64,000 nucleotides of DNA from the NCBI GenBank assembly GCA_017463125.1, contig JAFTPV010000003.1, positions 93,190 through 157,189 of the forward strand, given 5' to 3'. A model generated the notes under the pieces. The model was not told the origin of the DNA. It was given only the letters and a program-made list of their open reading frames with translations, and did no database searches. Below, in pieces: positions 8,066 to 17,109 of this stretch (position 1 is the stretch's first letter; each line of letters begins with the position of its first letter). Both the position numbers and the translations under genes were made by a program. The DNA is from Clostridia bacterium. Lineage in GTDB: Bacteria > Bacillota > Clostridia > Oscillospirales > CAG-272.

Positions 8066-8728
8066 ATGTTCAAACACGAAAAAATGTTATTTCATCCCGT
8101 AGAGGTAGAGAGACCCAATCCGCAGTATGCCGTTTTGCTTCAAGAGCAGCTTGGCGGTGGGAACGGCGAGCTCAAGGCGGCAATGCAGTATATGTCGCAG
8201 AGTTTTCGCATCAAGGATCCCGAGATCAAGGATCTTTTCCTCGATATTGCCGCGGAGGAGCTGGGACACATGGAAATGGTGGCGCAGACCATCAATCTGC
8301 TCAACGGTCACGATGTGGATGCAACCAAGGTGCAGGCGGGCGAGGTGCAGACGCACGTTCTGCTTGGTCTCAATCCCGGACTGATCAATTCCTCGGGGTA
8401 TTCTTGGACGGCGGATTACGTTACCGTAACGGGCGACCTGTGCGCCGACTTGCTCTCTAATATCGCGTCCGAGCAGAGAGCCAAGGTGGTTTACGAATAT
8501 CTCTACCGTCAGATCGAGGACAAGAAGGTACGCGAAACTATAGACTTTCTTCTCAACCGCGAGGAAGCGCACAACCAGATGTTCCGTGATGCCTTTAACA
8601 AGGTACAGGAAACAGGCTCGAACCGCGATTTTGGCACGACGAAAGCGGCGAAGATGTATTTCTCTATGTCAAACCCCGGACCGAATACGTTTGCGACAGG
8701 TGAGAGTCACGCACCGTCGTTTAAGTAA
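8066..8728 (+). CDS. manganese catalase family protein (YdbD-like)
   Basis: MFKHEKMLFHPVEV...GGNGELKAAMQYMSQSF...AAEELGHMEMV...ASEQRAKVVYE...LNREEAHNQMF are the di-Mn ligand motifs of the family. GGAGG RBS present. Confidence 0.8.
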   Translation: MFKHEKMLFHPVEVERPNPQYAVLLQEQLGGGNGELKAAMQYMSQSFRIKDPEIKDLFLDIAAEELGHMEMVAQTINLLNGHDVDATKVQAGEVQTHVLLGLNPGLINSSGYSWTADYVTVTGDLCADLLSNIASEQRAKVVYEYLYRQIEDKKVRETIDFLLNREEAHNQMFRDAFNKVQETGSNRDFGTTKAAKMYFSMSNPGPNTFATGESHAPSFK

Positions 8729-8743
8729 CAGTAACGATGATAC

Positions 8744-8790
8744 GGCAGAGGCGGCGGACAAATCTTGTCCGCCGCCTCTGCCGTTTTTTA
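8744..8790 (+). terminator. intrinsic terminator after the Mn catalase gene
   Basis: 19-bp stem cggcagaggcggcggacaa/ttgtccgccgcctctgccg followed by TTTTTT. Confidence 0.85.
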
Positions 8791-8947
8791 CCCCACTTTT
8801 TTAAACTCGGGTAAGAAACCACATGCTGTTTATTCTGAAAGCCTTGTTTTGCAAGGAATTGAAAGCTTTTATGGGTGTCGTAAAAAAATATCGGAAAAAT
8901 GCAAAAAAGCCGATACTGATTTTAGGCTTATTTTTGATTTCCGGACA

Positions 8948-9142
8948 TTTGAGAAAACAGCTTGTCCTTATCGATTTTTTAATAAATTAAGCTAAATTTT
9001 GGTAAAATTAAGTGTTGTTGCTCTTATATGATATCAGGATGGCAATTTTTGAGCGTTTTGCCGAAGTGTGAAAAATCCTTGTATTTCAAGGCTTTTCGGC
9101 GTTTTTTTGATAAAGGTTGCTCTTGCAGTATTGCAGCATCTG
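8948..9142 (+). repeat. internal diverged copy of the element's right arm, ending in the TCTG core
   Basis: Aligns to 17110..17305 in direct orientation. My hand alignment gives about 14 substitutions over about 185 nt. The sequences diverge completely immediately after TCTG (9139..9142). Confidence 0.85.
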
Positions 9143-9262
9143 ACATATCTTCTATGAAGTCGGTACGCTTAAATTGTGGATTGGAATCACAGAAAAACGG
9201 AGGGGATAAACTCGCGTTAATGAGGATAAAATGACAAATAATTAAAAATTACCCTGGATAAC

Positions 9263-9291
9263 TTGACGTTATCTTAAAAACGTGCTATAAT
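9263..9291 (+). promoter_or_regulatory. strong sigma-A type promoter for the ATPase gene
   Basis: TTGACG, 17 nt, then TGcTATAAT (extended -10). Confidence 0.6.
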
Positions 9292-9320
9292 GTTGATGAA
9301 CCAAGAAAGGAGTACCTACG

Positions 9321-10562
9321 ATGAACAAAAAGATTTACACAAGACAGTATTATATTGATAAAATTCGTGGCTTTTATAACAGTGACCTTATTAAAGTAGT
9401 CACAGGTATCCGCCGTTGCGGTAAATCCTGCTTCCTTTTGTCTGTGATGGAAGATCTAAAATCCCAGGGCGTTAAGGAAAAAGACATTTTGTACCTCAAC
9501 CTCGATAAGCGCGGTTATCGTAAGATCAAAACGCCGGACGCACTTGAAGCTGCAGTTGAAACGCTAATTACCGATGACGATTATAAATATCTATTCATTG
9601 ACGAGGTGCAAAACGTAGACGGTTTTGAAGAGGTCATCAACGGATTCAGGGAAGACGGAAACTTTTCCATTTTTATCACCGGCTCCAATTCCTACCTTCT
9701 GAGCGGTGAGCTTACGACAAAGCTGACCGGTCGTTATATTGAAATCGAGATGTTTACCTTGAATTTTCGTGAATATCTTGAAATGAAATCATTTTTCGGC
9801 AATGAGATAAAATCCAATAAGACAGAAGAATTTAACGAGTATATCCGTTTTGGTGGTTTCCCTAAGGTACTTGAGTTTGACGACCCCAATGACAAAGATA
9901 CCTATATTTCGGAGGTTATTTCGCAAATTCTCGAAAAAGATGTTGTAAAGCACAAAAAGATTCGCAACCGTTCGGTATTCGATAAGGTTATGACCTACGT
10001 GATCAATAACTTTGGCGCAACGGTGAGCCTTTCAAGCATTGCGGAATATTTTGAAAAGCAAGAGCATATCAGTATTCGAACCGAGACGCTCAATAATTAT
10101 TTGCAGATTCTTGAAAACGCGAAGATCATATACAGATGTCCGCGCTTCGATGTGAAATCAAAAAAGTCCTTGCGCGGAGAGCAGAAATATTATCTTGCAG
10201 ATCTCGGTATCTATTTCTCTCGCAATGTGGACGCGCGTATCAACTATGGTCCCGTGCTTGAAAATATCGTATATACCTATCTGTCTGCAAAGAATTATAA
10301 GATCAGCGTCGGTCGCATCGGCAAGCTGGAGTGCGATTTTATTACCCGTGTAAGCGACGAGTACAGATATATCCAAGTGGCAATGACGATTATGAGTCCC
10401 GAGACCGAGGAACGCGAATACAAGCCTTTCACTATGATACGGGATAATTACCCCAAATATCTGCTTACCATCGATCCACTGCTCCAAAAGCGTGATGGTG
10501 TGATACACAAAAATATTATTGAGTTCATTGCAAATGATGAAAGCTTGTCATCAGTGGTTTGA
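9321..10562 (+). CDS. AAA-type ATPase with C-terminal DUF4143-like domain
   Basis: Walker A GIRRCGKS and Walker B LFIDEVQ, followed by about 200 aa typical of the ATP-binding protein family AAA_14/DUF4143. Confidence 0.7.
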   Translation: MNKKIYTRQYYIDKIRGFYNSDLIKVVTGIRRCGKSCFLLSVMEDLKSQGVKEKDILYLNLDKRGYRKIKTPDALEAAVETLITDDDYKYLFIDEVQNVDGFEEVINGFREDGNFSIFITGSNSYLLSGELTTKLTGRYIEIEMFTLNFREYLEMKSFFGNEIKSNKTEEFNEYIRFGGFPKVLEFDDPNDKDTYISEVISQILEKDVVKHKKIRNRSVFDKVMTYVINNFGATVSLSSIAEYFEKQEHISIRTETLNNYLQILENAKIIYRCPRFDVKSKKSLRGEQKYYLADLGIYFSRNVDARINYGPVLENIVYTYLSAKNYKISVGRIGKLECDFITRVSDEYRYIQVAMTIMSPETEEREYKPFTMIRDNYPKYLLTIDPLLQKRDGVIHKNIIEFIANDESLSSVV

Positions 10563-10568
10563 TAAAAC

Positions 10569-10682
10569 AAAAAAGACCTCCGAAGAGGTCAATTTTGCAC
10601 ACACTGTGCGATCGGACAATCCGACGATTTGAGAATTCTTTTATTTGAACTCGTAGTGTAATTTATAAGGGATATAAACTAC
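10569..10682 (-). ncRNA. tracrRNA
   Basis: The minus-strand sequence UCCCUUAUAAAUUACACUACGAGUUCAAA pairs with the CRISPR repeat GUUUGAGAGUAGUGUAAUUUUAUAAGGGA, with the usual internal bulge. Three hairpins follow (TCGGA/TCCGA, GCACA/TGUGC, GACCUC-UUCG-GAGGUC) and then UUUUUU. A consensus promoter lies upstream. Confidence 0.8.
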
Positions 10683-10688
10683 ACTTGT

Positions 10689-10717
10689 ATTATAATACAA
10701 AAAGGAGTAATTGTCAA
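10689..10717 (-). promoter_or_regulatory. consensus sigma-A promoter driving the tracrRNA, overlapping the cas9 translation initiation region
   Basis: On the minus strand TTGACA (10717..10712), 17 nt, then TATAAT (10694..10689). The cas9 ATG is at 10719. Confidence 0.65.
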
Positions 10718-10718
10718 T

Positions 10719-13700
10719 ATGAAAAAACAAAATTATTTCATTGGACTTGATATAGGAACTGATTCCGTTGGTTATGCGGTGACAGACGAGGAATATAATT
10801 TGTGCAAATTTAAGGGCGAACCTATGTGGGGAGTGACCCTTTTCGATGAAGCGCAGCTTTCCGTGGAGCGCAGAGGCTTCCGTACAGCTCGTAGGCGTTT
10901 AGATCGCAGACAGCAACGTGTTCAATTGATACAAGAGCTATTTGCACAAGAAATCAACAAGGTTGACAAAGGTTTTTTTATAAGAATAAAGGAAAGCTAT
11001 CTCTATCCCCAAAAAGAGGAGGACAAGATACGTTTATTTGATACGTATGAAATGCAAAAAGAATACTTAACGAAGTATCCGACGATCCATCACCTTATCG
11101 TGGAATTGATGGAAAATGCAGTTCCACACGACGTAAGACTGGTGTATCTTGCCTGTGCCTGGTTGGTAGCTCACAGGGGGCACTTCCTGAGCGAGGTGGA
11201 CAAGCATAATATTGCTGCGGTTACCGATTTCAAAACTGTTTATGAAAAGCTTGTAAGCTATATTACACGTGATGAATATACTTTGCCATGGAAAACAGAT
11301 GTGGATCTCGAAGTAATTCAAAATGCTTTGAAGGCTAAATCAGGAATTCAAAGGAAGTCAAAAGCATTAACGGAAGCATTTTTTGGTACAGTGAAGGCTC
11401 CGAAGATCGTTAATGAGCATTATGAATATAATTATGAATGTATTATTAAATTACTGTGCGGCGGCAAGGTTAATTTAAGTGATTTGTTCGCAAAGGATGA
11501 ATATGCCGAACTTGAAGAAAAGGCTATTGCTTTGAATATGGACGATGAAAAGCTTGTAGCTATTATGCAAAGTATCGGTGACGATGCCGAGCTGATCTCT
11601 GCGTTGAAGGAGATTTACGACTGGTCCGTATTGGTTGACGTATTGAAGGGGCAGGATACCATTTCCAAAGCCAAGGTTGCAGTTTACGAGCAGCACAAGC
11701 GCGATTTGACCACCTTGAAATATTTTGTGAAAAAATATGCACCGAGTAAATATAACGAAATTTTTCGATCTGACAAGACAAATAACAACTACGTAGCCTA
11801 CATAGGAAAGAATCAAACGGGGAATGACAGTCGGAAGGTAAAGAAGGCAGGCAAAAAAGAAGAACTTTGCAAGTATGTTCTTTCTGTCGTTAAAAGCATT
11901 CTTCCGGACGAAAGTGATTTGGAAAAATACAGCGATATGGTCACTCGATTGGAAACGTACGACTTTCTTCCCAAGCAGGTGGACGGGGACAACCGAGTGA
12001 TTCCGTATCAGCTATATTGGTATGAGCTGAACATAATTCTTGAAAATGCCGAGCGTTACATCCCGTTTATTTCCGAAGTTGATGAAGACGGCATTTCGGG
12101 TAAAAATAAAATACTGTCGGTATTTGAATTCAGAGTTCCTTATTACGTAGGACCGCTGAAAGGAAAAAGCAATTGCAGATACAATTATTGGATGGTCAGA
12201 AAAGCAGAGGGAAGGATTTTTCCGTGGAAGTTTAATAGAATGGTCGATCTTGACGAAAGCGAAAATGCCTTTATTGCAAGAATGACAAATTCTTGTACGT
12301 ACCTGCCAGGGGAAGACGTGCTTCCCAAGAACTCGCTTGTCTACTGCTCGTTTGAGGTGCTGAATGAGATAAACAATATCAGAATCAATGGTAACGAAAT
12401 TCCTGTTGTTTTAAAACAAGGAATATACAACGATTTGTTTATGCGAAACAGCAAGGTTACGCCGAAGAAAATTTGCGAATACCTCATTTCCAACAATTAT
12501 ATGTGTGAATCCGATGTCTTGTCTGGAATTGATATCACGGTAAAATCATCACTCAAGCCGTTTTTGCAGTTTAAAAATCTTGTAAACAGGAAGATGCTGA
12601 CCTATACCGATGTTGAGAAAATTATCCACAGAGCCACCTATTCCGAGGATAAAGCAAGATTTAAAAAATGGCTCAGTGAACAGTATTCCGACCTTCCCGA
12701 GAGCGAAATCACTTATATTTCCGGTTTGAAGTTCAAGGATTTTGGAAGGCTATCCCGAAAGCTTTTGTGCGGTATTGAGGGCGTGAATACGCAAACAGGC
12801 GAAGTTTATTCCTCAATCATTCGCGCTATGTGGGAAACCAATTATAACCTGATGCAACTTTTATCCGACAACTTTAATTTCGAGAAAAGCATAGACGAAA
12901 TCGTTAGAGAATATTATGATGTAAATCCCAAAAGCATTTCGGATAGGCTTGACGAAATGTACGTTTCCAATGCAGTCAAACGTCCTATTATCCGTACTCT
13001 TGATATTTTAAAGGATGTTGTTAAGGTGCAAGGATGCGCGCCCGAAAGAATCTTTATTGAAATGGCGCGCGGTACAAGTGAGGGGCAAAAAGGCAAGCGA
13101 ACGGTTACACGTCTCAAACAGATTCAGGAACTGTACGAAAAAGTCAAAGATGAGGATGTTCGTGAACTGCAAAGCGTTCTTGATGAATGGGGTGATGCGG
13201 CACATAATAAGCTGCAAAGCGATAAGATTTTCCTGTATTTTATTCAGCTTGGTAAGTGCTTGTATACCGAAAAAAGCATTGATTTGGAATCGGTTATTTC
13301 CGGCGACGGTACCTATAATATTGAACACATATATCCCCGTAGCTTTGTAAAAGACGATAGCATTATCAACAACAAGATTCTCGTCGATTCAAAAGTGAAC
13401 GGAGATAAGAGCGACAAGTATCCGATTGATCCTGATATTCAGGAAAAAATGCGTGGATATTGGATTCGCTTGAATAAGATTGGCTTGATCAGTGATGAAA
13501 AATTCAAACGCCTGATAAGAACGACAGGCTTTACAGAAGAAGAAAGATTTGAATTTATCAACCGTCAGCTTGTTGAAACAAGACAATCAACCAAAGCCGT
13601 GACGGCATTGTTGAAAGAACTGTATCCCAATACGGAAATCGTTTACGTAAAGGCGGGGCTGGTTTCGGAATTCAGACAGACGTTCGATATTTTGAAATCC

Positions 13701-14807
13701 AGAGCAGTGAACGATCTTCATCACGCAAAGGATGCGTATTTGAATATCGTTGTTGGTAACGTATGGCATTCCAAATTCAGCAGACCGTTTTGGAATGCAG
13801 ATAAAAATTACAGTATCAGACCTGAAATTGTGTTTACTCGCTCCGTTATATGCGGTGGCAAAACGGTTTGGAACGGCGGTTCCGATAAAGATCGCGTAAT
13901 CAAGATTGCAAGAAAAAACACAGCGCATATGACGAAATATTCCTTCTGCCGCAAGGGGGGATTCTTTGACCAGATGCCAATTTCGGCATCAAAAGGATTG
14001 ATTCCTCGCAAGAAGGATATGCCTACGGAAATTTACGGTGGATATAACAAGTCAACTGCTTCCTTCTTTGCTTTGGTAAGATATAAGGTTGCGAAAAAGC
14101 AGGATATTATGGTAATGCCCGTAGAACTGTTATATGCAGATCATTTTCTTGGTAACGGTACGTTTGCCGAGGAATATGCAAGAAAGACCATCGGAGAGAT
14201 TATCAATAAGGAAGTGGTTGAAGTGGAATTTCTTTTGAACAAGCGTATTCTGAAGGTTAATACAATGCTATCCTTGAACGGATTGAGGGTATGCATAACA
14301 GGAAAGGCGAGCGGCGGAAAGGTTATCGGAGTTTCTGTTATGGATTCTTTCAAAACGTCTGCCGATAACGAGGTGTATATTAAAAAGCTGGAATCCTTCA
14401 AAAATAAGAAAAAGAAGAATTCCGGTATCGTTTACAATGAATTGCACGATGGCATCAATAAAAACAAAAATCTTGAAATATATGACTGCTATATCGAAAA
14501 GCTACAGCAAGCACCGTATAGTTACCGTCCCGCTAATCCTGCCAATACGCTACTAACAGGCAGGGAAAAATTCATTACTTTAACTTGTGAAAATCAAGTG
14601 GACGTATTATTGGACGTTTTAGGTTTGTTTGGTAGAATACAAAGTGCGGATCTGACTCCAATTGGTGGAGTTGCAAAAGCAGGCGTCGCAACACTGTCAT
14701 CAATGCTTTCCAACTGGAAAAAGAATTATACCGACATTCGTATAATTGACCAATCAGCCTCGGGACTTTTTGAAACGGTTTCCGATAATCTTTTGGAATT
14801 GTTATGA
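10719..14807 (+). CDS. cas9: type II CRISPR endonuclease Cas9 (1362 aa)
   Basis: RuvC-I IGLDIGTDSVGYAV, an Arg-rich bridge helix RRGFRTARRRLDRRQQR, an HNH region YNIEHIYPRS...NKILVDSKVNGDKSD, and RuvC-III HHAKDAYLN. Confidence 0.95.
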   Translation: MKKQNYFIGLDIGTDSVGYAVTDEEYNLCKFKGEPMWGVTLFDEAQLSVERRGFRTARRRLDRRQQRVQLIQELFAQEINKVDKGFFIRIKESYLYPQKEEDKIRLFDTYEMQKEYLTKYPTIHHLIVELMENAVPHDVRLVYLACAWLVAHRGHFLSEVDKHNIAAVTDFKTVYEKLVSYITRDEYTLPWKTDVDLEVIQNALKAKSGIQRKSKALTEAFFGTVKAPKIVNEHYEYNYECIIKLLCGGKVNLSDLFAKDEYAELEEKAIALNMDDEKLVAIMQSIGDDAELISALKEIYDWSVLVDVLKGQDTISKAKVAVYEQHKRDLTTLKYFVKKYAPSKYNEIFRSDKTNNNYVAYIGKNQTGNDSRKVKKAGKKEELCKYVLSVVKSILPDESDLEKYSDMVTRLETYDFLPKQVDGDNRVIPYQLYWYELNIILENAERYIPFISEVDEDGISGKNKILSVFEFRVPYYVGPLKGKSNCRYNYWMVRKAEGRIFPWKFNRMVDLDESENAFIARMTNSCTYLPGEDVLPKNSLVYCSFEVLNEINNIRINGNEIPVVLKQGIYNDLFMRNSKVTPKKICEYLISNNYMCESDVLSGIDITVKSSLKPFLQFKNLVNRKMLTYTDVEKIIHRATYSEDKARFKKWLSEQYSDLPESEITYISGLKFKDFGRLSRKLLCGIEGVNTQTGEVYSSIIRAMWETNYNLMQLLSDNFNFEKSIDEIVREYYDVNPKSISDRLDEMYVSNAVKRPIIRTLDILKDVVKVQGCAPERIFIEMARGTSEGQKGKRTVTRLKQIQELYEKVKDEDVRELQSVLDEWGDAAHNKLQSDKIFLYFIQLGKCLYTEKSIDLESVISGDGTYNIEHIYPRSFVKDDSIINNKILVDSKVNGDKSDKYPIDPDIQEKMRGYWIRLNKIGLISDEKFKRLIRTTGFTEEERFEFINRQLVETRQSTKAVTALLKELYPNTEIVYVKAGLVSEFRQTFDILKSRAVNDLHHAKDAYLNIVVGNVWHSKFSRPFWNADKNYSIRPEIVFTRSVICGGKTVWNGGSDKDRVIKIARKNTAHMTKYSFCRKGGFFDQMPISASKGLIPRKKDMPTEIYGGYNKSTASFFALVRYKVAKKQDIMVMPVELLYADHFLGNGTFAEEYARKTIGEIINKEVVEVEFLLNKRILKVNTMLSLNGLRVCITGKASGGKVIGVSVMDSFKTSADNEVYIKKLESFKNKKKKNSGIVYNELHDGINKNKNLEIYDCYIEKLQQAPYSYRPANPANTLLTGREKFITLTCENQVDVLLDVLGLFGRIQSADLTPIGGVAKAGVATLSSMLSNWKKNYTDIRIIDQSASGLFETVSDNLLELL

Positions 14808-15673
14808 GCTGGAGGACGATCGTTATAACGTCACGCTGCAAGCTGGATTATAAGATGGGCTTTATGGTGGTGCGCGCCGAGGAAACAAAAAAGATTTTTT
14901 TGGATGAGATTGCCGTATTGCTCATCGAGAATCCTGCCGTATCACTGACCGGTTGTTTGTTGGAGGTCTTAACAGAAAAGAAGATACGGGTGATTTTTTG
15001 TGATGCAAAGCGAAATCCCAACGCCGAGCTTGTGCCATATTTCAATTCTTATGATTGCTCCCGCAAAATCAAGGTTCAAATTGCTTGGTCAGATGATTTG
15101 AAGGGAGCAGTCTGGGCGGATATCGTTGCGGAGAAAATACGAAAGCAAGCGGATTTTCTTGAAGAACTTGAAAAAATTAATGAAGCGGGTCTTTTACGCT
15201 CCTATTTATATCAAATAGAACCTCACGATATCACGAATCGAGAGGGACACGCCGCAAAGGTTTATTTCAACGCGCTTTTTGGAATGGATTTTACAAGAAG
15301 TGAGGAGAATATCACTAACGCCGCACTGAATTATGGGTACAGCATTATTTTGTCGGCATTCAATCGTGAGATCGTAGCTCACGGGTATCTGACGCAGCTT
15401 GGGATTTTTCACGATAATATGTTCAATCATTTTAATCTGAGCTGTGATTTGATGGAGCCGTTTCGTATTTTGGTTGATCGTAAGGTGAAGGAAATGAATT
15501 TTACCGATTTTACAAGCGAGGAAAAACATATACTTGTAAACGTTCTGAATAAAACCGTTATGATCAATCAAACCAAGCAAACGGTGTTAAATGCAGTTAA
15601 ATATTATACCAGAAGCGTTTTCGACGCATTAAACGAGGGCGATCTTTCGCTTATACAATTTTATTCATTATGA
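14804..15673 (+). CDS. cas1: CRISPR-associated endonuclease Cas1 (type II)
   Basis: Motifs NREGHAAKVYF, NAALNYGYSI and FHDN...CDLMEPFR. The start overlaps the cas9 stop (ATGA). Confidence 0.95.
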   Translation: MSWRTIVITSRCKLDYKMGFMVVRAEETKKIFLDEIAVLLIENPAVSLTGCLLEVLTEKKIRVIFCDAKRNPNAELVPYFNSYDCSRKIKVQIAWSDDLKGAVWADIVAEKIRKQADFLEELEKINEAGLLRSYLYQIEPHDITNREGHAAKVYFNALFGMDFTRSEENITNAALNYGYSIILSAFNREIVAHGYLTQLGIFHDNMFNHFNLSCDLMEPFRILVDRKVKEMNFTDFTSEEKHILVNVLNKTVMINQTKQTVLNAVKYYTRSVFDALNEGDLSLIQFYSL

Positions 15674-15990
15674 GTTACAGATTTATAAGAATGTTGGTAT
15701 TTTTTGATCTTCCCACCGAAACGCTTGAAAACAAGCGCGAGTATAGAAAATTTCACAAACTACTCATTAAGAACGGCTTTTTGATGATGCAGGAATCCGT
15801 GTATTGCCGTATGCTGATTACGCCAAGTGCGGGTAAGGCGGTTTTGGACGTGATACGCAAAAACCGCCCCGCAGACGGCATTGTGCAAGTTATGACCGTG
15901 ACTGAAAAGCAATTTGCTGGGATGGAATATATTACGGGAGAGCATCACAGCGAGGTGATAGAAAGTGACGAGAGGTTGATTATATTATGA
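15670..15990 (+). CDS. cas2: CRISPR-associated endoribonuclease Cas2
   Basis: 106 aa. Begins MLVFFDLPTE and contains QESVY. It overlaps the cas1 stop and the csn2 start by 4 nt each. Confidence 0.9.
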   Translation: MSYRFIRMLVFFDLPTETLENKREYRKFHKLLIKNGFLMMQESVYCRMLITPSAGKAVLDVIRKNRPADGIVQVMTVTEKQFAGMEYITGEHHSEVIESDERLIIL

Positions 15991-16652
15991 AACTGATATA
16001 TAAGAATATGGGGCATGTTTTGCGTTTTGATAAAGGATATATCAATGAGCTCGTTGTTGAAAACAGAAAAATGTTTCTTGACCTCGTAAGCACTATGATA
16101 CGTCAGGCAGAGGGCGAACACGGAGACTGTATATTATCAATAGCGGAAAAACCGGTGGAGTTTAGCAAATGTGCGGACGTTACCGTACAGTTTGCGCCGT
16201 TTCAGCTCAATCGCAAAAGCTTACTGACAAAGCTTTGCTCCGCATTAGAGCAAAGGGCTCTGCTTGCGGAAAATTACGTAAAAACAGGAGAATTGGTTAG
16301 TGAAATAGAGCGATATATTCTGTATCTTGCCGAGGATCTTCCGTTTGAAATCGATTGTCAAAAGCTTACGATAGGCCCAATTATCAAGGCAGTATCACCT
16401 GAGATCGAGGAAGCCGATAAGGGTACATTGGAGAAAATATTTGCATATATGGAGCTTGTGCGTGAGTTGGATCGTGATCGCTTGTTTATTATGATCAATA
16501 TGAGAACGTATTTTTCGGATGAAGAAATGGAACGATTTGCGGAAAGTGTCTGCTTACATGATTTCAAGGTTCTTTTGCTGGAAAGCTCATCTCTTTCAAA
16601 ATTAAAACACTCAAAAAGATATACGGTGGATGTTGACTTGTGCGAATTTTGA
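15987..16652 (+). CDS. csn2: Csn2 (type II-A signature adaptation protein)
   Basis: 221 aa, in the canonical position after cas2 and directly before the leader and array. The size and acidic, helical character fit short Csn2. No motif-level proof without a search. Confidence 0.7.
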   Translation: MKLIYKNMGHVLRFDKGYINELVVENRKMFLDLVSTMIRQAEGEHGDCILSIAEKPVEFSKCADVTVQFAPFQLNRKSLLTKLCSALEQRALLAENYVKTGELVSEIERYILYLAEDLPFEIDCQKLTIGPIIKAVSPEIEEADKGTLEKIFAYMELVRELDRDRLFIMINMRTYFSDEEMERFAESVCLHDFKVLLLESSSLSKLKHSKRYTVDVDLCEF

Positions 16653-16653
16653 C

Positions 16654-16682
16654 TTGATTTTTCTTGTTAATTGTGATATAAT
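16654..16682 (+). promoter_or_regulatory. pre-crRNA promoter in the CRISPR leader
   Basis: TTGATT, 17 nt, then TGaTATAAT (extended -10), about 70 nt upstream of repeat 1. Confidence 0.6.
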
Positions 16683-16750
16683 ATAAGCTACCACTCCCTG
16701 TACATTGCTCTCTGCAATTCGTAGTATTGTTGCTCAAATGTTGATTTGAG

Positions 16751-17050
16751 GTTTGAGAGTAGTGTAATTTTATAAGGGACTCAAACCAGAAGAAAGTGAG
16801 TTACAATCACCAAAAGGTTTGAGAGTAGTGTAATTTTATAAGGGACTCAAACTTTTGCGTTAAAATCTTCAACGCTACCACCGTTTGAGAGTAGTGTAAT
16901 TTTATAAGGGACTCAAACTCTTAGCATAACGAAAAGAAAGAACAGTATGTTTGAGAGTAGTGTAATTTTATAAGGGACTCAAACTTTTTTGCGCCTTGCT
17001 ATTATTGCACCATCGTTTGAGAGTAGTGTAATTTTATAAGGGACTACATT
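16751..17050 (+). CRISPR. CRISPR array with 5 repeats and 4 spacers
   Basis: The 36-nt repeat GTTTGAGAGTAGTGTAATTTTATAAGGGACTCAAAC occurs at 16751, 16817, 16883, 16949 and 17015. The last copy is degenerate at its 3' end (..GGGACTACATT). Spacers are exactly 30 nt. The leader ends in ATTTGAG. Confidence 0.97.
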
Positions 17051-17073
17051 TTCTTGACAATTCCAAAATAAAA

Positions 17074-17106
17074 AACGATGCACCGTACTTTGGGGCATCG
17101 TTTTTC
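17074..17106 (+). terminator. intrinsic terminator after the CRISPR array
   Basis: Stem acgatgc/gcatcgt followed by TTTTT. Confidence 0.6.
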
Positions 17107-17109
17107 TAT

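Noticed and set aside
9143-9170. Weak similarity between the sequence just after the internal core (acatatcttctatgaagtcggtacg) and the cotJC attB half-site after the right core (ccgcgaggtcctcgtgaatatcggcaagg)
   Set aside because: About 14 of 24 positions match, but only with indels and about 3 nt out of register relative to the core. No open frame or further similarity extends beyond it. This is not enough to call it a captured cotJC remnant or a pseudo-attB.
9028-9234. 68-aa ORF spanning the internal arm repeat and junction
   Set aside because: It crosses the repeat and core boundary and has no RBS. Its sequence is determined by the repeated non-coding arm. The similar peptide fragments at the other arm copies are a by-product of the DNA repeat.
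16787-17014. Possible self-targeting spacers
   Set aside because: I looked for obvious matches of the four spacers elsewhere in the window and saw none. A proper search needs the whole genome and phage databases.
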